A stretch of DNA of 64,000 nucleotides from an uncultured bacterium (GCA_937996685.1 CALKUP010000015.1:71900-135899); one strand, 5' to 3'; positions 52,631-63,163 are shown, counted from the first letter of the stretch. Notes: generated from the letters alone by a model not told the origin. A program made the numbers and translations.

Positions 52631-53269
52631 CTACTGCGCGCGCTTTTTTTGAAAAATGCGCATATCTTTGAATGACGCCGGATGAAACAACGACAAACGA
52701 CGAGCAAGTGTCGGTGTGAGCCCGGCAGCAGCAAACGCGGCTATGGTGGCGGTTTCTGTATGTGGAATACATTGATAGATAAAACCAATCAATCGACCAT
52801 AGGCACTATCTCGCAAGGGTGAATAATAAAACAACCCGTCTGATTTCAACTGCTGCGCGAGCATTGCAACGGTTTCAGTGAGTGGCGCATATTCGAGCAC
52901 ACCAGACGCAATAATAAGGTCAAACGGTGCTTGCGGGTATGCCAGCAACGGCTGTGTGATGTCATGCGTTGAAACAGCGCAGACAATGTCCGGAAATTCA
53001 GTCGCCATATCAGACTCTAATTGCGCCACCATATCAGCGTTCATATCAAATGCAACAATCTGCGCATTCGGAAAACGTTTCGCGAGCGCTTTTGTGTAGA
53101 CACCTGTTCCACAACCAACATCTAAAATATGCAGCGGTGCGGCTTCCTCGAGCGGAATCTGTGAAACAAAAAATCGGACTGATTGCTCATAGCCAAAGAG
53201 GCGCAAGAATTGGTTGTATTGTTTCGAAAATCTCCCAAACAATCGATAGGATAGCTTTTGTTGTTTCAT
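52631..53269 (-). CDS. Class I SAM-dependent methyltransferase
   Basis: ILDVGCGTG, FDLI. Confidence 0.88.
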   Translation of the reverse strand: MKQQKLSYRLFGRFSKQYNQFLRLFGYEQSVRFFVSQIPLEEAAPLHILDVGCGTGVYTKALAKRFPNAQIVAFDMNADMVAQLESDMATEFPDIVCAVSTHDITQPLLAYPQAPFDLIIASGVLEYAPLTETVAMLAQQLKSDGLFYYSPLRDSAYGRLIGFIYQCIPHTETATIAAFAAAGLTPTLARRLSLFHPASFKDMRIFQKKRAQ

Positions 53270-53275
53270 ATGTAT

Positions 53276-53352
53276 TGGTACTCCCTCCTGGACTTGAACC
53301 AGGGACCGCCGAGATATAAGCTCGGTGCTCTAACCACCTGAGCTAAGGGAGC
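53276..53352 (-). tRNA. tRNA-Ile(UAU)
   Basis: ccgag-CT TAT AT-ctcgg; A73-CCA. Confidence 0.9.
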
Positions 53353-53507
53353 GCAGGATTCGTCACTCTTTTGTAACTGATTTTTGGACATCTTGCAATC
53401 TAATTCGCTAGAAAGAAGTATTTCTTTCCACTGAACTAGGGACGTCGATGTACATTTGCGGGAGATGACAACGACGTCGGAGAGAAACGACTTGAGCGGG
53501 GCAGTAC

Positions 53508-53855
53508 CTAGAAGGAGGAAGGTCCCTGTAGTGCAATTCCGACAAGCAGGGGGAGTAGCGCCAGGAAGATCAAGGTGGCCAGAATGATCACGAACCAGTT
53601 GATTTCCGGGTGTGATTCCCGCGAGAGATCCTCCCAACCCTCACTGACAAGCCTGGGAGCGATCTTGTGCCGCCAAACAAGTTCAGCCGCCAGGTCAACC
53701 ATCACCGTGACCCGTAGGTCCGAGACGGCCTCGCCCCATCCTTCAGTAGTCATGCCGGTGTGCCTGCTAATTGCCTCATCGACAATTCGCTTGGCTTCTT
53801 CAACAGTCTGCACGCGCTGCGGTGCGCGCAAGATCACGCTTTTGTATCTTCTCAA
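53508..53855 (-). CDS. Hypothetical protein with C-terminal TM; GC-rich, SD-led
   Basis: AAGGAGGT before TTG; promoter TTGCAT-17-TACAGT at 53899-53927. Confidence 0.6.
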   Translation of the reverse strand: MRRYKSVILRAPQRVQTVEEAKRIVDEAISRHTGMTTEGWGEAVSDLRVTVMVDLAAELVWRHKIAPRLVSEGWEDLSRESHPEINWFVIILATLIFLALLPLLVGIALQGPSSF

Positions 53856-53987
53856 AGCACCTCCTTTTCAGCACTGTACTGTGCCAAAATGTGCGGCGAC
53901 TGTAGCAGAGAGAAGTAAAAAATGCAATACCATGCATTGACAGTCCTTGTAAAAATTCATAGACTACGTGAGCTCACAGAATTCTGT

Positions 53988-54064
53988 GGGCGATTAGCTC
54001 AGTTGGCTAGAGCGCTTGCTCGACATGCAAGAGGTCACTGGTTCGAGCCCAGTATCGCCCACCA
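53988..54064 (+). tRNA. tRNA-Val(GAC)
   Basis: cttgc-TC GAC AT-gcaag; CCA; terminator hairpin follows. Confidence 0.93.
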
Positions 54065-54119
54065 AAAAAGCTGCGTTTTCCACGCAGCTTTTGTTTTATA
54101 CAGATATTCTGTTTCTGAA

Positions 54120-55103
54120 TTATTGCTTTGGAGCCCGATTCCAGAATTGTTTTGTGACTGAACTTTTTCGTCCAGCAAGTAATTCACGATAGAACAATGT
54201 CCAGCTCCCCATGTGCCAACTGGAAAACAGCGCAACAACAATCATCAAGATCAACGCGCCAACTGAATGATAGAACGTCGAATAAAAAACATATCCGTTC
54301 ATTCCCCAAATCATCACTGAGTCTCCAGCCGCAGCAAACAAAATTGGTAAACTCACAAGTTGCGTGAGCACAACCGCAAGCGCTGTTGCGATCACGTAAA
54401 CAATATAGACAAACACAAGAAATTCAAGGATCACACCGAACTGCGCTCGCACGAGCACTCGCCCACGAGTCAGCGCCGCAACCCACGGAGTTTTGTTGAT
54501 CACCACATCATTCATTGCAAATTTTGCAACCGTTGAAAGATAGACCGCGACAGGTGTCACAATAAAAAATAACAAGAATGAGTACACGATTTGCCATTGT
54601 CCGAGTTGGTCAAAAAATAACGGCAACGCTGCGAGCGCAAGTAATCCATATGACACTGCTTTTGTCACCAGCTGCACACTCGCCACACCCCAGAAATGCT
54701 GCTTGATCGCAGTCAGCGCATGATGCGTTTTGTATCGTCCATGTGTGTTCGCATCAAATTGTCCGTAGGCATCAATCAATCCGATATGCGCGCTCATGAT
54801 CAAGACAAACGCGATCAGTAAAAACAGTGCGACAATGACAGCAAAACCGGCAATCCACACTTGATCACCATTAAACAAATCAACAATCACCATCCATTGT
54901 CTCCCAGACCAAAATGTCGGCCGCAATGGAGACAGGTCGCTGCGCAATAAATCTGCATTTGTGAAAAACTGTTCGAGCTCAATGCCTTTGCCTCCCCAAA
55001 AAAAGACACAGATACCAAAAAACCACAGCAGCGGATGTCGCCGTGTGATTTCCCATGATTCTTGAAAAATGCTTTTGTACAATTTCATAACGTTCCAATA
55101 CAA
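54120..55103 (-). CDS. Conserved-looking integral membrane protein (start possibly 55088)
   Basis: About 6 TM; SWEITRRHPLLWFFG. Confidence 0.7.
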   Translation of the reverse strand: MYWNVMKLYKSIFQESWEITRRHPLLWFFGICVFFWGGKGIELEQFFTNADLLRSDLSPLRPTFWSGRQWMVIVDLFNGDQVWIAGFAVIVALFLLIAFVLIMSAHIGLIDAYGQFDANTHGRYKTHHALTAIKQHFWGVASVQLVTKAVSYGLLALAALPLFFDQLGQWQIVYSFLLFFIVTPVAVYLSTVAKFAMNDVVINKTPWVAALTRGRVLVRAQFGVILEFLVFVYIVYVIATALAVVLTQLVSLPILFAAAGDSVMIWGMNGYVFYSTFYHSVGALILMIVVALFSSWHMGSWTLFYRELLAGRKSSVTKQFWNRAPKQ

Positions 55104-55150
55104 TAAATATAATTTACTGCATTGTACCGTTTTTTGAAGTTGAACGCCAG

Positions 55151-57214
55151 TTATGCAATGGTGTTTTGGCCGCTGTTTGGAAGCGCTTGCATTGTGTCTT
55201 TCATCAATGCTTCAAAATCTTCACGCTCTAATGTCTCAACAGCAAGGAGCTTCAACGCGAGCGCATCAAGCGCTGCTTTGTGTTCACGCAACAATTGTGT
55301 CGCAAGTTCATATTGTGTGCGGATCAAGCCAGTCACTTCTGCGTCAATTTGTTCAGCTGTTTTTTCACTGTAATCACGCTGATGTTGGATTTCACGGCCT
55401 AAAAACGGCATGTCATCGTTTGTCCCGAACGTACGCGTTCCAAGTGTTTCGCTCATTCCGAAACGCGTCATCATACGGTGCGCCATTGATGTCGCTTTTT
55501 CCAAATCGTTTGACGGACCAGTTGATACGTCGCCATATTGCAACACTTCAGCAGCATATCCACCAAGAGACACCGCGATATCCGCCATCATATTTTTACG
55601 GGTTTGCAATTTACGATCGTCATCTGGCAATTTCAATGTATATCCACCAGCTCGACCTCGAGGAATAATCGTAATTTTATGCACTGGGTCAGATTCTTTG
55701 AGCATGTACGCCACAAGCGCGTGACCACCTTCATGATACGCCGTTTTTTCTTTTTCCAATTCTGAGGTGCGTGGGTCTTTTTTCTGTGGACCCATCATCA
55801 CTTTATCAATCGCTTCAAGACAATCTTTCATTGTCACTTTCACACGATCTTGGCGCGCTGCAAAAATTGCTGCTTCATTTAATAAGCTCATTAAGTCTGC
55901 GCCAGAAAATCCAGTTGTGCGTTGCGCAATGGTTTTCAAATTCACTTCTTCTGTGAACACTTTATTTCGCGCATGAACGTTTAAAATTTCTTCACGATCT
56001 TTCAAGTCCGGTAAATCAATCACCACGCGACGATCAAATCGACCTGGGCGAAGAAGCGCCGGATCAAGTACATCTGGACGATTCGTCGCTGCAATCACAA
56101 TCACTGCATCCTCTTCTTCGAAACCATCCATCTCTGTCAAAATTTGATTCAAGGTTTGTTCACGCTCATCATTTCCGCCTCCCATACCAGCGCCACGTTG
56201 ACGACCGACTGCATCAATTTCATCGATGAACAAAATTGCTGGCGCTGCTTTTTTCGCTTTTTTGAAAACGTCACGCACACGACTCGCGCCGACACCAACA
56301 AACATTTCCATGAACTCTGAACCACTCATGTGAAAAAATGGAACATTCGCTTCGCCAGCAACTGCGCGCGCGAGCAAAGTTTTACCAGTTCCGGGAGATC
56401 CCATCAGCAATACGCCAGTTGGGATTTTCGCGCCAATTGCTTTGTATTTCTTTGGATTTTTCAAAAAATCAACCACTTCAGACAATTCTTCTTTTGCTTC
56501 TGCAGCTCCGGCAACATCTTTAAATGTTTTTTTGCCAGATGCATTTGGATCAAACATTTTTGCTGTTGATTGCCCGAATGACATTGCTTTATTGTTTGCA
56601 CCATTGGCTTGACGCATCATGAACCAAAAGAAACCGATGATCAAAATTGCTGGCAACAAAATCGGAATCAATGTGCCAAGAAGATATTTCCAACCACTCG
56701 CACTTTTCACTGTAATATCTGAACTTGCAAGTTGCTCTGCAGAAACGCCGTAATTACTCAGCAACGTCGGTAACGACTCAGACGCTTCTTTTTGAGACGC
56801 TTGTTTTTTGCCGTCTTTCAATTCGATTTTTAATTCTGAACCTTCAACAACTGTAATGGTTTTCACCTCTTGTTTTTTCACTGACTCTGCAAGTTGACTC
56901 ACACTCACCTGTTGTGGTTTTTCAAGTGGGTTATTATAGAGCGACAACACCCATGCGAATGCGACAAACGCAAGGACAAAAAACAACACGCTGCGCATTG
57001 GTCCGCGCGGAGCTTTTTTTCCACCACCAATTTGGATGGTGAGCATTTTTTTCGTTTCCTTTTTTGTCGGCGTTGCTGGAGCGTCTTTTTTCGCACCATC
57101 TGTCGCGCTCTCAACTGGTTTTTTTGGCGATGTGTCTCGAGCTTCGTCGAGAGGAGCGTTATCGAGGGGCGCTTTTTCTACAACCTCTTCAGACTTCTTT
57201 TCTTGTTCGTTCAT
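55151..57214 (-). CDS. ftsH: ATP-dependent zinc metalloprotease FtsH
   Basis: 2 [29 protein letters not shown]. Confidence 0.97.
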   Translation of the reverse strand: MNEQEKKSEEVVEKAPLDNAPLDEARDTSPKKPVESATDGAKKDAPATPTKKETKKMLTIQIGGGKKAPRGPMRSVLFFVLAFVAFAWVLSLYNNPLEKPQQVSVSQLAESVKKQEVKTITVVEGSELKIELKDGKKQASQKEASESLPTLLSNYGVSAEQLASSDITVKSASGWKYLLGTLIPILLPAILIIGFFWFMMRQANGANNKAMSFGQSTAKMFDPNASGKKTFKDVAGAAEAKEELSEVVDFLKNPKKYKAIGAKIPTGVLLMGSPGTGKTLLARAVAGEANVPFFHMSGSEFMEMFVGVGASRVRDVFKKAKKAAPAILFIDEIDAVGRQRGAGMGGGNDEREQTLNQILTEMDGFEEEDAVIVIAATNRPDVLDPALLRPGRFDRRVVIDLPDLKDREEILNVHARNKVFTEEVNLKTIAQRTTGFSGADLMSLLNEAAIFAARQDRVKVTMKDCLEAIDKVMMGPQKKDPRTSELEKEKTAYHEGGHALVAYMLKESDPVHKITIIPRGRAGGYTLKLPDDDRKLQTRKNMMADIAVSLGGYAAEVLQYGDVSTGPSNDLEKATSMAHRMMTRFGMSETLGTRTFGTNDDMPFLGREIQHQRDYSEKTAEQIDAEVTGLIRTQYELATQLLREHKAALDALALKLLAVETLEREDFEALMKDTMQALPNSGQNTIA

Positions 57215-57376
57215 GTGATTTTCATTATTCTATATACGAGAAATTTGTATTGCTCGTGCGCCCTACTATAATTGAATTCAACGAAAAAAGCAACAAATGT
57301 AATAAAAAAATTGCCACGCCACCTATGTAGGTAATAGGCAGCGCAGCGAGCCGGGCTGAAGTGTCGTTTTACAGCT

Positions 57377-58192
57377 TTACGGCTTTTTCCCGAACTCGAG
57401 CGAGGAGTTGAAGCGTGCATTAACACTCGCAAGCCAAGTCTTCACTGCTGTGTTGAATCCACCTCCACGGTGCGGAATCCTTGTAACATCCACACCGATA
57501 AGGTCTCGAACTGTGGCTTTGTACCACAATGGATCAATAACCCTCCTTGCCCTACTCTCCCAAAGAGTACCCTCGTAAGAACTGGTTGGACGAAGCTCGT
57601 CAAGCTCCTTTTCAGCAATGGCTTGAAACAATGCCTTTCGAAAGGCACCGACGATCTGCGCATTCAATGTTTTTCTGCCTGGAGCAAAAACGACATTTGC
57701 CGCTGCAGACGCTAGAAACTCTTCGATTGTATTTACCTCTGTTTCCAACGGAGATGCAATGACGGTACTGAATCCTTCTGGAGCTAACTCAAAGTCCGTT
57801 CCGAACTCTGCGTTGATATTTGCAAGCCCTTGACGAATTCTTTGAATACTACGATCGCCAATCCTTTGACTCCTTTCCTTCAGGGCTTCATTATTGCACT
57901 GAAGTAAATCATCCAGACTAACAATCCCTGCGTACGCCAACGGCTCAATGACTGAGGTGCGCCATACGCGAGCAGACCGCATCAATTCAGGACTATCAAG
58001 CCTTAAGCTCAATAGATAATTACTGCGATCAGCTGGATTTGCGCCTAGAAGGCTTTCTGTTTCAACAACACGCAAAGCATCTGCGGCCAATTTAATGACA
58101 ATGAGTCCATCCGCACTTTTCAAAACAAAGGAACCATCCGACTCCTTGACCAAGGTGGTTGCAGTAGAACGCAGGTCAATTTCAACGTACAT
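57377..58192 (-). CDS. Hypothetical protein with RNA polymerase alpha-CTD-like (HhH) domain(s); SD-led
   Basis: LAYAGIVSLDDLLQCNNEALKERSQRIGDRSIQRIRQGLA; AGGAGGT SD; promoter TTGCTT-16-TATGGT at 58266-58293. Confidence 0.6.
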   Translation of the reverse strand: MYVEIDLRSTATTLVKESDGSFVLKSADGLIVIKLAADALRVVETESLLGANPADRSNYLLSLRLDSPELMRSARVWRTSVIEPLAYAGIVSLDDLLQCNNEALKERSQRIGDRSIQRIRQGLANINAEFGTDFELAPEGFSTVIASPLETEVNTIEEFLASAAANVVFAPGRKTLNAQIVGAFRKALFQAIAEKELDELRPTSSYEGTLWESRARRVIDPLWYKATVRDLIGVDVTRIPHRGGGFNTAVKTWLASVNARFNSSLEFGKKP

Positions 58193-58396
58193 CAGACCTC
58201 CTCATCCGCTCAATTTTCGTATATTCCAGCACCATGCCGAAACACTACGAAATGAGGGACAAAACACCATACCACGCTCAACGAAAAAAGCAACGTTTCG
58301 CGCATCTCAGATGTAACAGCGCGAACACAAACAGCGCCTTTGCGATTCACCGGTGAGCATGTATACTCCAATGCAACACGGCGCAACCGATTGTTT

Positions 58397-59518
58397 ATGA
58401 AAAAACCAGCCATTCTTATTGTAAAATTCCCCTATTCTTCAACATTTGGCGGGGGCGAAAAGCACACTCTGACCATCGTTGAAAAGCTATCCGATCAGTA
58501 CGATTTTTATCTTGCTTCAACATGCGCTGTATTATTGAAAGAGTTTGAGGCCCGAAACTGGAATGCACGACGTTATTGGATGCCAACCGAACCGGTCACT
58601 CCAAAAGCCTTGCTTCTATTGCTCTGCATCTGGCCAATTGCGCTCGTTCAACTGATTCGCATTGCGCTGCACTATCGCCACACATACGGCGTTCGCACAC
58701 TCTATTGCCTGTCACTCACCGAAAAAATCATCCTAACCCCATGGGCACGCCTGTTTGGGATGCGCGTTCTCTGGATCGAACATCTGCAAATTGAGCGCTG
58801 GCTCCTGCAAAGCCCGTTGCGCTTGCTCTATGTTCTTTGGTCTCGTTTTGCGACAATTATTACCGTTGTTGAAGCAGTTCGCACTCAATTAATCGCGCTC
58901 GGTGTTCCAGAAAAAGCTGTCACTGTCATTTATAATTCAGTGCACGCACTTGATTTCACACCGCCACATACGCGCGCGCTCGCCGAAAACAAGCCATTTC
59001 ACGTGCTGTTTGTTGGTCGTCTTGCTATAGAAAAAGGCGTGAGCGACCTCATTTCAGCAGTCGCGAGCATTCAGACAACGATTCCGAACATCTCATTGAC
59101 CATTGCCGGTGATGGACCTGAAAAACAAGCCTTAGAGCAACAAGTTACTACTCTCAATCTCAGTAAAACCGTCACATTTGCCGGATTTATTAACGATGTT
59201 GCGAGCGCACTACATGCCGCTGACGTGCTTGTTTTGCCGTCCACCCGACGTGAAACCTTTGGTATTATTGCCGCAGAAGCCCTCGCCTGCGAACTTCCCG
59301 TCATTGTCACAACTGCCGGCGGTGTCTCCGAGGTAGTTGGTGATTGCGGGTGGATTGTGCCGCCTCACCATCCAGAGGCAATTGCGCGCGCACTCACAGA
59401 AATCTACACGGATTACGAAAATGCCTATAAAAAGGCGAAAAATGGCCGAAAACGGATGATTGAGCGCTTTTCAGAAGAAACAATGATCGAACAATACAGC
59501 ATTGCTCTGCGTGGTTGA
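58397..59518 (+). CDS. Glycosyltransferase family 4
   Basis: GGGEKH, VGRLAIEKG, ETFGIIAAEA. Confidence 0.92.
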   Translation: MKKPAILIVKFPYSSTFGGGEKHTLTIVEKLSDQYDFYLASTCAVLLKEFEARNWNARRYWMPTEPVTPKALLLLLCIWPIALVQLIRIALHYRHTYGVRTLYCLSLTEKIILTPWARLFGMRVLWIEHLQIERWLLQSPLRLLYVLWSRFATIITVVEAVRTQLIALGVPEKAVTVIYNSVHALDFTPPHTRALAENKPFHVLFVGRLAIEKGVSDLISAVASIQTTIPNISLTIAGDGPEKQALEQQVTTLNLSKTVTFAGFINDVASALHAADVLVLPSTRRETFGIIAAEALACELPVIVTTAGGVSEVVGDCGWIVPPHHPEAIARALTEIYTDYENAYKKAKNGRKRMIERFSEETMIEQYSIALRG

Positions 59519-59643
59519 CGAATCCGCCCCTCTTTGGTATACTCTTTTCACTTATTTAATATCTTGGATCTTCTGAGCACTTGTTGCAGGATCCGCCGCA
59601 ATACGCAGTAATATGCGATTCGGTTAACATTTTTGCTTGTTTT

Positions 59644-60855
59644 ATGTCTACAAAAACAACACAACATCAAATGGATGAATTACTTGATTCAAACCCAGAT
59701 GTTATTTTCCCTGCTGTTGGCGCCCTCGTCGATGGTATTGTTATTAGTGCGCGTAATAATGAAGTACACGTTGATTTAAACGGTATCGCGAGTGGCGTCG
59801 TTCGTGGTCCAGAGCTCGTTGACGAATCTGGAATCTTCCAAAACCTACAACCTGGCGACCCTGTGACTGTCACCGTTGTTGACGCTGAAAATGAACTTGG
59901 TGTTCTTGAATTGTCATTCCGTGAAGCTGGCCATAAAAAAGCCTGGGATGAACTTCAAGGTAAATACGAAGCAAAAGACATTGTTGAAGGTCTTATTTTG
60001 GATGCAAATAAAGGTGGTTTGATTGTTCGCCTCGGCAATGTCAACGGCTTCCTTCCTGTATCACAACTCACTGTGGAACATTACCCACGTGTTGAAGGCG
60101 CAAACAAAGCCAAAATCTTGGAACGCCTCAAAAGTTATGTTGGCGAATACTTCAAATTGCGTATTATCGACGTGAACGAAGCTGACAACAAACTTATTTT
60201 CTCAGAAAAAGCTGCAAAAGCTGATGAACAATCACAACAATTGGAAAGTTACGCTGTTGGCAACGTTGTTGAAGGCGTTGTGACTGGTGTTGTTGATTTC
60301 GGTGCATTCGTTGAATTTGGCGAAGGCTTGGAAGGTTTGGTGCATATTTCTGAACTTGCATGGCAACGTATTGATAATCCAAAAGAAATCATCAATGTTG
60401 GCGACAAGGTGAAAGCGCAAATCATCAGTATTGAAAACGGCAAAATCTCACTGTCAATCCGTCGTTTGCAAAACGATCCATGGGCTGAAGTTGCGAAAAA
60501 ATACAACGTTGGAGATGTTGTTGAAGGAACTGTTTTGAAACTCAACCCATTTGGCGCCTTTGTTGAACTCGACAATGACATTCATGGACTTGCGCATATT
60601 TCTGAACTTTCTTGGAAGAAAATCAATTCTCCAGAAGATGTATTGAAAGCTGGCGAACGTTCAAAATTCAAAATTGTCAGTATTGAGCCAAATAATCATC
60701 GTCTTGGACTCTCTTTGAAACAATTGACTGAAAAGCCAAAGGATTTAGAAGAAAAGGAAGAAAAAACTCCTCTCGACGAAACTCGAGGCGAATCGGAAGA
60801 GGCAAAGGTTGAAGAAGTAAAAGAAGAAGTTGCTGAAGAAAAAGCGGCAGAATAA
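59644..60855 (+). CDS. rpsA: 30S ribosomal protein S1 (4 S1 domains)
   Basis: Repeated FGAFVE...GLVHISEL. Confidence 0.92.
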   Translation: MSTKTTQHQMDELLDSNPDVIFPAVGALVDGIVISARNNEVHVDLNGIASGVVRGPELVDESGIFQNLQPGDPVTVTVVDAENELGVLELSFREAGHKKAWDELQGKYEAKDIVEGLILDANKGGLIVRLGNVNGFLPVSQLTVEHYPRVEGANKAKILERLKSYVGEYFKLRIIDVNEADNKLIFSEKAAKADEQSQQLESYAVGNVVEGVVTGVVDFGAFVEFGEGLEGLVHISELAWQRIDNPKEIINVGDKVKAQIISIENGKISLSIRRLQNDPWAEVAKKYNVGDVVEGTVLKLNPFGAFVELDNDIHGLAHISELSWKKINSPEDVLKAGERSKFKIVSIEPNNHRLGLSLKQLTEKPKDLEEKEEKTPLDETRGESEEAKVEEVKEEVAEEKAAE

Positions 60856-60947
60856 CCCTCTTTGCGAAAGAGGTACACAAAAACAGCCAGCGCCATGCTG
60901 GTTGTTTTTTTATTGGCCTCGTACCATGTGAGACAGCATATAATAAG

Positions 60948-61034
60948 ACAAAACCCGAAACACCGCGACAACAATCTTCATGGAAGATGTTGTGTTGGTG
61001 CTCCGGGGAGCCGAGCGACGAGACGGAGTCGACT
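60948..61034 (-). repeat. Family-2 trailer, copy 1 (copy 2 at 62659-62746); long hairpin terminator
   Basis: About 87 nt near-identical direct repeat starting at the stop codon. Confidence 0.92.
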
Positions 61035-61441
61035 CAGGCCTTTGGAACGCGGCGGTAGTCTTTGAATGTAGGGTGTTGCAGCACACCAACATTCGTATCC
61101 ACCAGATGCCTCCTTTCTTCAATTTCCCCCGCTTCGACGAGGCCGTTAAGCCAGTCAAGCAGACTGGAGTCAAAGCCGGGATACACCCACTCGCCCTCAG
61201 GCGCGTCGGCGAACATTTGCGCAAAGTGCGCTTTTTTAGCCAAGCGCTCTTTCTCCTGGTCTTCCGGGGTCACAGTCCTCACAGACAGAACGGTACCGCC
61301 AGGGTAGGTCTGCTTGTAACCTCCTGGGATCAACTCCAAAATTCCGTCATCCTGAGGCACGCGTTTTTTCGATTTTTTACGGAAAGAAGACCGCAAGAGG
61401 AGCAAGAGACACAGGACAGACAGACCGATGAAAAACCACAT
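61034..61441 (-). CDS. Small N-terminal-TM protein (135 aa); GC-rich, SD-led
   Basis: GGAGG-4-ATG; MWFFIGLSVLCLLLLLRSSFRKK. Confidence 0.7.
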   Translation of the reverse strand: MWFFIGLSVLCLLLLLRSSFRKKSKKRVPQDDGILELIPGGYKQTYPGGTVLSVRTVTPEDQEKERLAKKAHFAQMFADAPEGEWVYPGFDSSLLDWLNGLVEAGEIEERRHLVDTNVGVLQHPTFKDYRRVPKA

Positions 61442-61455
61442 GAGGCCTCCGGTTT

Positions 61456-61538
61456 GACCTAGACGGTCAAGGTTGCAACGAACATCAACTCTTTTTGCAG
61501 CACCATGCCGCGGAAAAGCTGACGCTCGATCATACTGA
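61456..61538 (-). repeat. Family-2 leader, copy 1 (copy 2 at 63081-63163)
   Basis: 83 nt with 3 mismatches; promoter TTGACG-17-TATGAT at 61529-61557. Confidence 0.92.
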
Positions 61539-61649
61539 TTTCTATTACATCCGTCAAGAGAACGCATTAACACATAGGGTTGACTTTCGGTTTTTATTCG
61601 GTTATTATTTTTATACCTTTATACGAATACAAAAAAACAATTATTTACT

Positions 61650-62636
61650 ATGAAAAAGAAGCCTGTATCTCAAACACTCATTTATCAAACAAAATCCGGA
61701 GCCTTGGAACTGCGAGGCGATTATTCGCGTGAAACCATTTGGGCAACACGCACACAAATGGCCGAGATATTCAATGTGAATCCACCGGCGATTTCAAAGC
61801 ATATTCAAAATATCTATAAAGAAGACGAACTAAAGCGAAAAGCAACTAGTTCCAAAATGGAACTAGTTCAAGACGAAGGGGGCCGCCAAATTAAACGTAC
61901 AGTTGATATTTATAATCTCGATGTCATTATAGCCGTTGGCTATCGAATTAATTCGGTAGTTGGCACTCAATTCCGACAATGGGCGACCAAAACTCTCCGC
62001 TCACACATTGTCGATGGCTACACCATCAACAAAAAACGAATCAAATACAACCTTGATTCATTTTTACAATCAGTCGATGACATTCGCGCGCTATTGCCTA
62101 ACGAACAAGCTATTGATCCAAAAAATGTACTGGATTTAGTGAAAGAGTTTGCAACCACCTGGATGTCACTGGATGCGTATGATAAAGACACCTTACAAAT
62201 CAGTGGAACAACGAAAAAATCAGTCGAACTCAATGGAGAAGAATTACTCAGCGCCATTCAAACATTACGGGCAGAACTCATCAAAAAACGTGAGGCAACG
62301 GACATTTTTGCGCAAGAACGCACAATAAAAAGCGTTGAAGGGATTATCGGAAACGTCATGCAATCATTTAGTGGTAAACCTGTCTATCCAACAATTGAAG
62401 AAAAGGCCGCTCATTTACTCTATTTTATGGTGAAAAATCATCCATTTGTTGATGGAAATAAGAGATCCGGGGCATTTGCCTTTGTATGGTTTTTACGAAA
62501 AACGCCGATTGCAGGCGCTCAAAACATGAACCCTGCAGCCCTCACTGCCCTCACACTGCTTATCGCTGAAAGCAATCCGACCAAAAAAGACCAAATGATT
62601 GCCTTAGTGACAACGCTATTGCGCGGGCAGAAATAA
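61650..62636 (+). CDS. RhuM/virulence-protein N-terminal domain fused to Fic/Doc domain
   Basis: YNLDVIIAVGYRINS..GTQFRQWAT; HPFVDGNKRSG. Confidence 0.92.
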   Translation: MKKKPVSQTLIYQTKSGALELRGDYSRETIWATRTQMAEIFNVNPPAISKHIQNIYKEDELKRKATSSKMELVQDEGGRQIKRTVDIYNLDVIIAVGYRINSVVGTQFRQWATKTLRSHIVDGYTINKKRIKYNLDSFLQSVDDIRALLPNEQAIDPKNVLDLVKEFATTWMSLDAYDKDTLQISGTTKKSVELNGEELLSAIQTLRAELIKKREATDIFAQERTIKSVEGIIGNVMQSFSGKPVYPTIEEKAAHLLYFMVKNHPFVDGNKRSGAFAFVWFLRKTPIAGAQNMNPAALTALTLLIAESNPTKKDQMIALVTTLLRGQK

Positions 62637-62658
62637 ACTATAACAGTACTCTAATAAA

Positions 62659-62746
62659 ACAAAACCCCGAAACACCGCGACAACAATCTTCATGGAAGAC
62701 GTTGTGTTGGTGTCCGAGGGAGCCGAGCGACGAGACGGAATCGACT
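62659..62746 (-). repeat. Family-2 trailer, copy 2
   Basis: Matches 60948-61034. Confidence 0.92.
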
Positions 62747-62756
62747 TAGCGTTCAG

Positions 62757-63062
62757 CTACTGCCCTTGCTCGAGGGCAGCAATTTGAGCCTCGACCTCAG
62801 GAGTGCAGGGGACATTGGCCATAACGAACCCGTCATGACCAAGGCTATCGTGCTTGAAAAAGCACAGATTTGTTCTGAAGTCCCGGATGTAATACCCTTC
62901 GAGAACCTCTTCTTGAGAGTCTGCCAAGCGAGAATCTTCTTCGGGCCAGAACAACATAAAGAGGATCGAAAAAATCAAGAAGGCGCAGAAGATCAACGAG
63001 AACAGAGCCTCCGCATTCTTGTCGAGGAAACCCTTAAACCAAGACCGCAGATTTGCGAACAT
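62757..63062 (-). CDS. Small single-TM protein (101 aa); SD-led
   Basis: GAGGTG SD; TM helix followed by YIRDFRTNLCF...VPCTPEV. Confidence 0.7.
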   Translation of the reverse strand: MFANLRSWFKGFLDKNAEALFSLIFCAFLIFSILFMLFWPEEDSRLADSQEEVLEGYYIRDFRTNLCFFKHDSLGHDGFVMANVPCTPEVEAQIAALEQGQ

Positions 63063-63080
63063 GGGACACCTCTGGTAATC

Positions 63081-63163
63081 GACCTAAACGGCCGAGGTTG
63101 CAACGAACATCAACTCTTTTTGCAGCACCATGCCGCGGAAAAGCTGACGCTCGATCATACTGA
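63081..63163 (-). repeat. Family-2 leader, copy 2
   Basis: Matches 61456-61538; promoter TTGACT-17-TATGAT at 63154-63182. Confidence 0.92.

Noticed and set aside
60948-63163. Integron attC sites or IS ends as the explanation for the cassette flanks
   Set aside because: No RYYYAAC...GTTRRRY pairs seen, each unit has its own promoter, and there is no integrase or transposase in the window
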